A DNA stretch of 64,000 bases from Tubiluchus corallicola (Eukaryota > Animalia > Priapulida). Position 1 is the stretch's first letter, and the number at the start of each line of letters is the position of its first letter. The position numbers and the translations under genes were made by a program. Below are positions 62,562-64,000 of this stretch, piece by piece. The stretch is from NCBI GenBank assembly GCA_030141605.1, contig JAQGDQ010002376.1:168422-232421 (forward strand), read 5' to 3'. The notes beneath the pieces are model-generated. The model was not told the origin of the DNA. It ran no database searches and saw nothing but the letters and a program-made list of their open reading frames with translations.

Positions 62562-64000
62562 GTATACTTTACAAAATTATTTAAAAGCTTGTATTTTGCT
62601 AACATCACACTAGGTACCAACTTGGTAGTAATTCAGCACTTTTATATTAACTTCAAAGTTCTTTCATTGAACATTTATGCCTAGCTAGTATATTTAGTTT
62701 GTGTATTCAACTTGTCAGTCAGTCAGCCAGTCAGTCATTTGCCCGGCTGTCATGTGAAAATTCCTCTTCTTTCTGGTGCATGAGGTCATTGTTGAGTAGT
62801 TGCTTAACTACGCTCTCTGCATGTTCGCTTTGTACTTGAATTGGAATAAAAGGTGTGCATGTATTGCTGAATTTGGATTGTTAATCTGCATATGTTGAAT
62901 ATTGATTGATTGAATTTCATGAATAACTCTAGTGAAATTTTTCATTTTGCTGTTCAACCAATTTTTAAAATTTTTCCCTCCCGAAAATTTCTGTCAATGC
63001 AAATAATATTGGAAAAGATATTGCTAAATCAGTGTTGTGTCGAGCTAAACGATGAGTAGGTAGGTTTTCTTATCAATCTTTATTTCCTAAGGGAAGCAGC
63101 AATAATATTGCAGTGATTAAAAAATGAATTAACTTGAACTTATGGAAATACTAGTTTTGTAAATATTATGTGTCATTTAAAAACATGTCAGTAAAGTTTA
63201 TATCTACCTAATAAAATTTAAAGTGAATTTTTCAACTCACAATCTTACTTTCTAATAATTTATAATATATATTACAAGTTCTGTGCAAATGCAAACAAGA
63301 ATACAGTTGCCAATGTTTTTCCTTTTTGCTGTCCGACAAAAAAAATCTGTGTGAAATTAAATAGTAAACAGTGAGTTCACAAACTGCATGTTTCTCAGAA
63401 ATTTTTTTGTTAAACTGGGCAATTTGAATTGAGGGTCCATTTCCTACCGTATTGACGATTGTATGTGAATGAGAGGTGTAATTCAAATTGTGTTGAATGA
63501 GGTGCCTGATAAGTTGCCTTTTTGTATTGGTTCTTGTTTTTAGCATAATTTTTTACTAAGCTGGCCCGTGAGTTGTAAAAGTACTGCATGTGTCGTAAAT
63601 ATAGTATACATCAGAACACTATGTCTGCTTGGTGCATTTTTGTAGATGAGATTTTCACCTTTTTCATTTATGAGTGTTTGCATTAGCACTGTATAAACAA
63701 TTCTTGCTGTAGCTGAGGTTTTATATATTGTATATATTGTTTCAAACAACAAACAATAAAGGCAAGGAAATTTCCCCTGAAACACAACCTTTACGTGTCA
63801 AAATGCTATTATGCAATTTCTTTATAAAGTAGCGAAATACATAGTCGTGTGATTTGCTCTAGGGAAATGTAATGTTTTGTAGCTCTAGTTCTAGTTGTTT
63901 TTATTTGTTTGTGTGAGCATACTAAAACATTTGTTTTTCTTAATACATACACAATTATACTTTATGGGGTATTACTTTTCTGTTTTTCCAGTTTGTGTTT

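Noticed and set aside
62562-64000. Further CBP exon at the window end
   Set aside because: No PHD/HAT-like peptide found; the sequence looks intronic and ends in a pyrimidine-rich tract, so the next exon probably lies at or beyond the boundary.

Overview
AT-rich, intron-rich animal genomic DNA. It is not prokaryotic, so there are no operons or CRISPR arrays. The CBP N-terminus and the '[11 protein letters not shown]' motif suggest a non-vertebrate chordate or deuterostome, but this is inference only. Two + strand genes lie in tandem. (1) The 3' two-thirds of an axonemal inner-arm dynein heavy chain (DNAH3-like, DNAH3/7/12 family): 40 exons traced in one continuous frame from 947 to the stop at 43776. 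(2) The 5' part of a CBP/p300 acetyltransferase: CpG-rich promoter at ~46.5-46.75 kb, ATG at 47110, and 16 exons traced through TAZ1, KIX and the bromodomain, running off the window. The introns carry hAT- and pogo/Tigger-type MITEs, RTE/CR1/L2 LINE fragments, minisatellites and microsatellites. The most notable observations are: a pogo/Tigger MITE that keeps an intact 48-aa ORF joining a basic NLS-like N-terminus to a canonical PCNA-binding PIP box; two GAG splice acceptors; a GC-AG intron; exons that begin with a donor motif (recursive-splice-like); an RTE insertion flanked by a duplicated, inactivated copy of the bromodomain acceptor; and a short copy of CBP exon 2 in intron 1. No clearly new multi-gene system is evident. 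Everything was read by eye, with no database searches.
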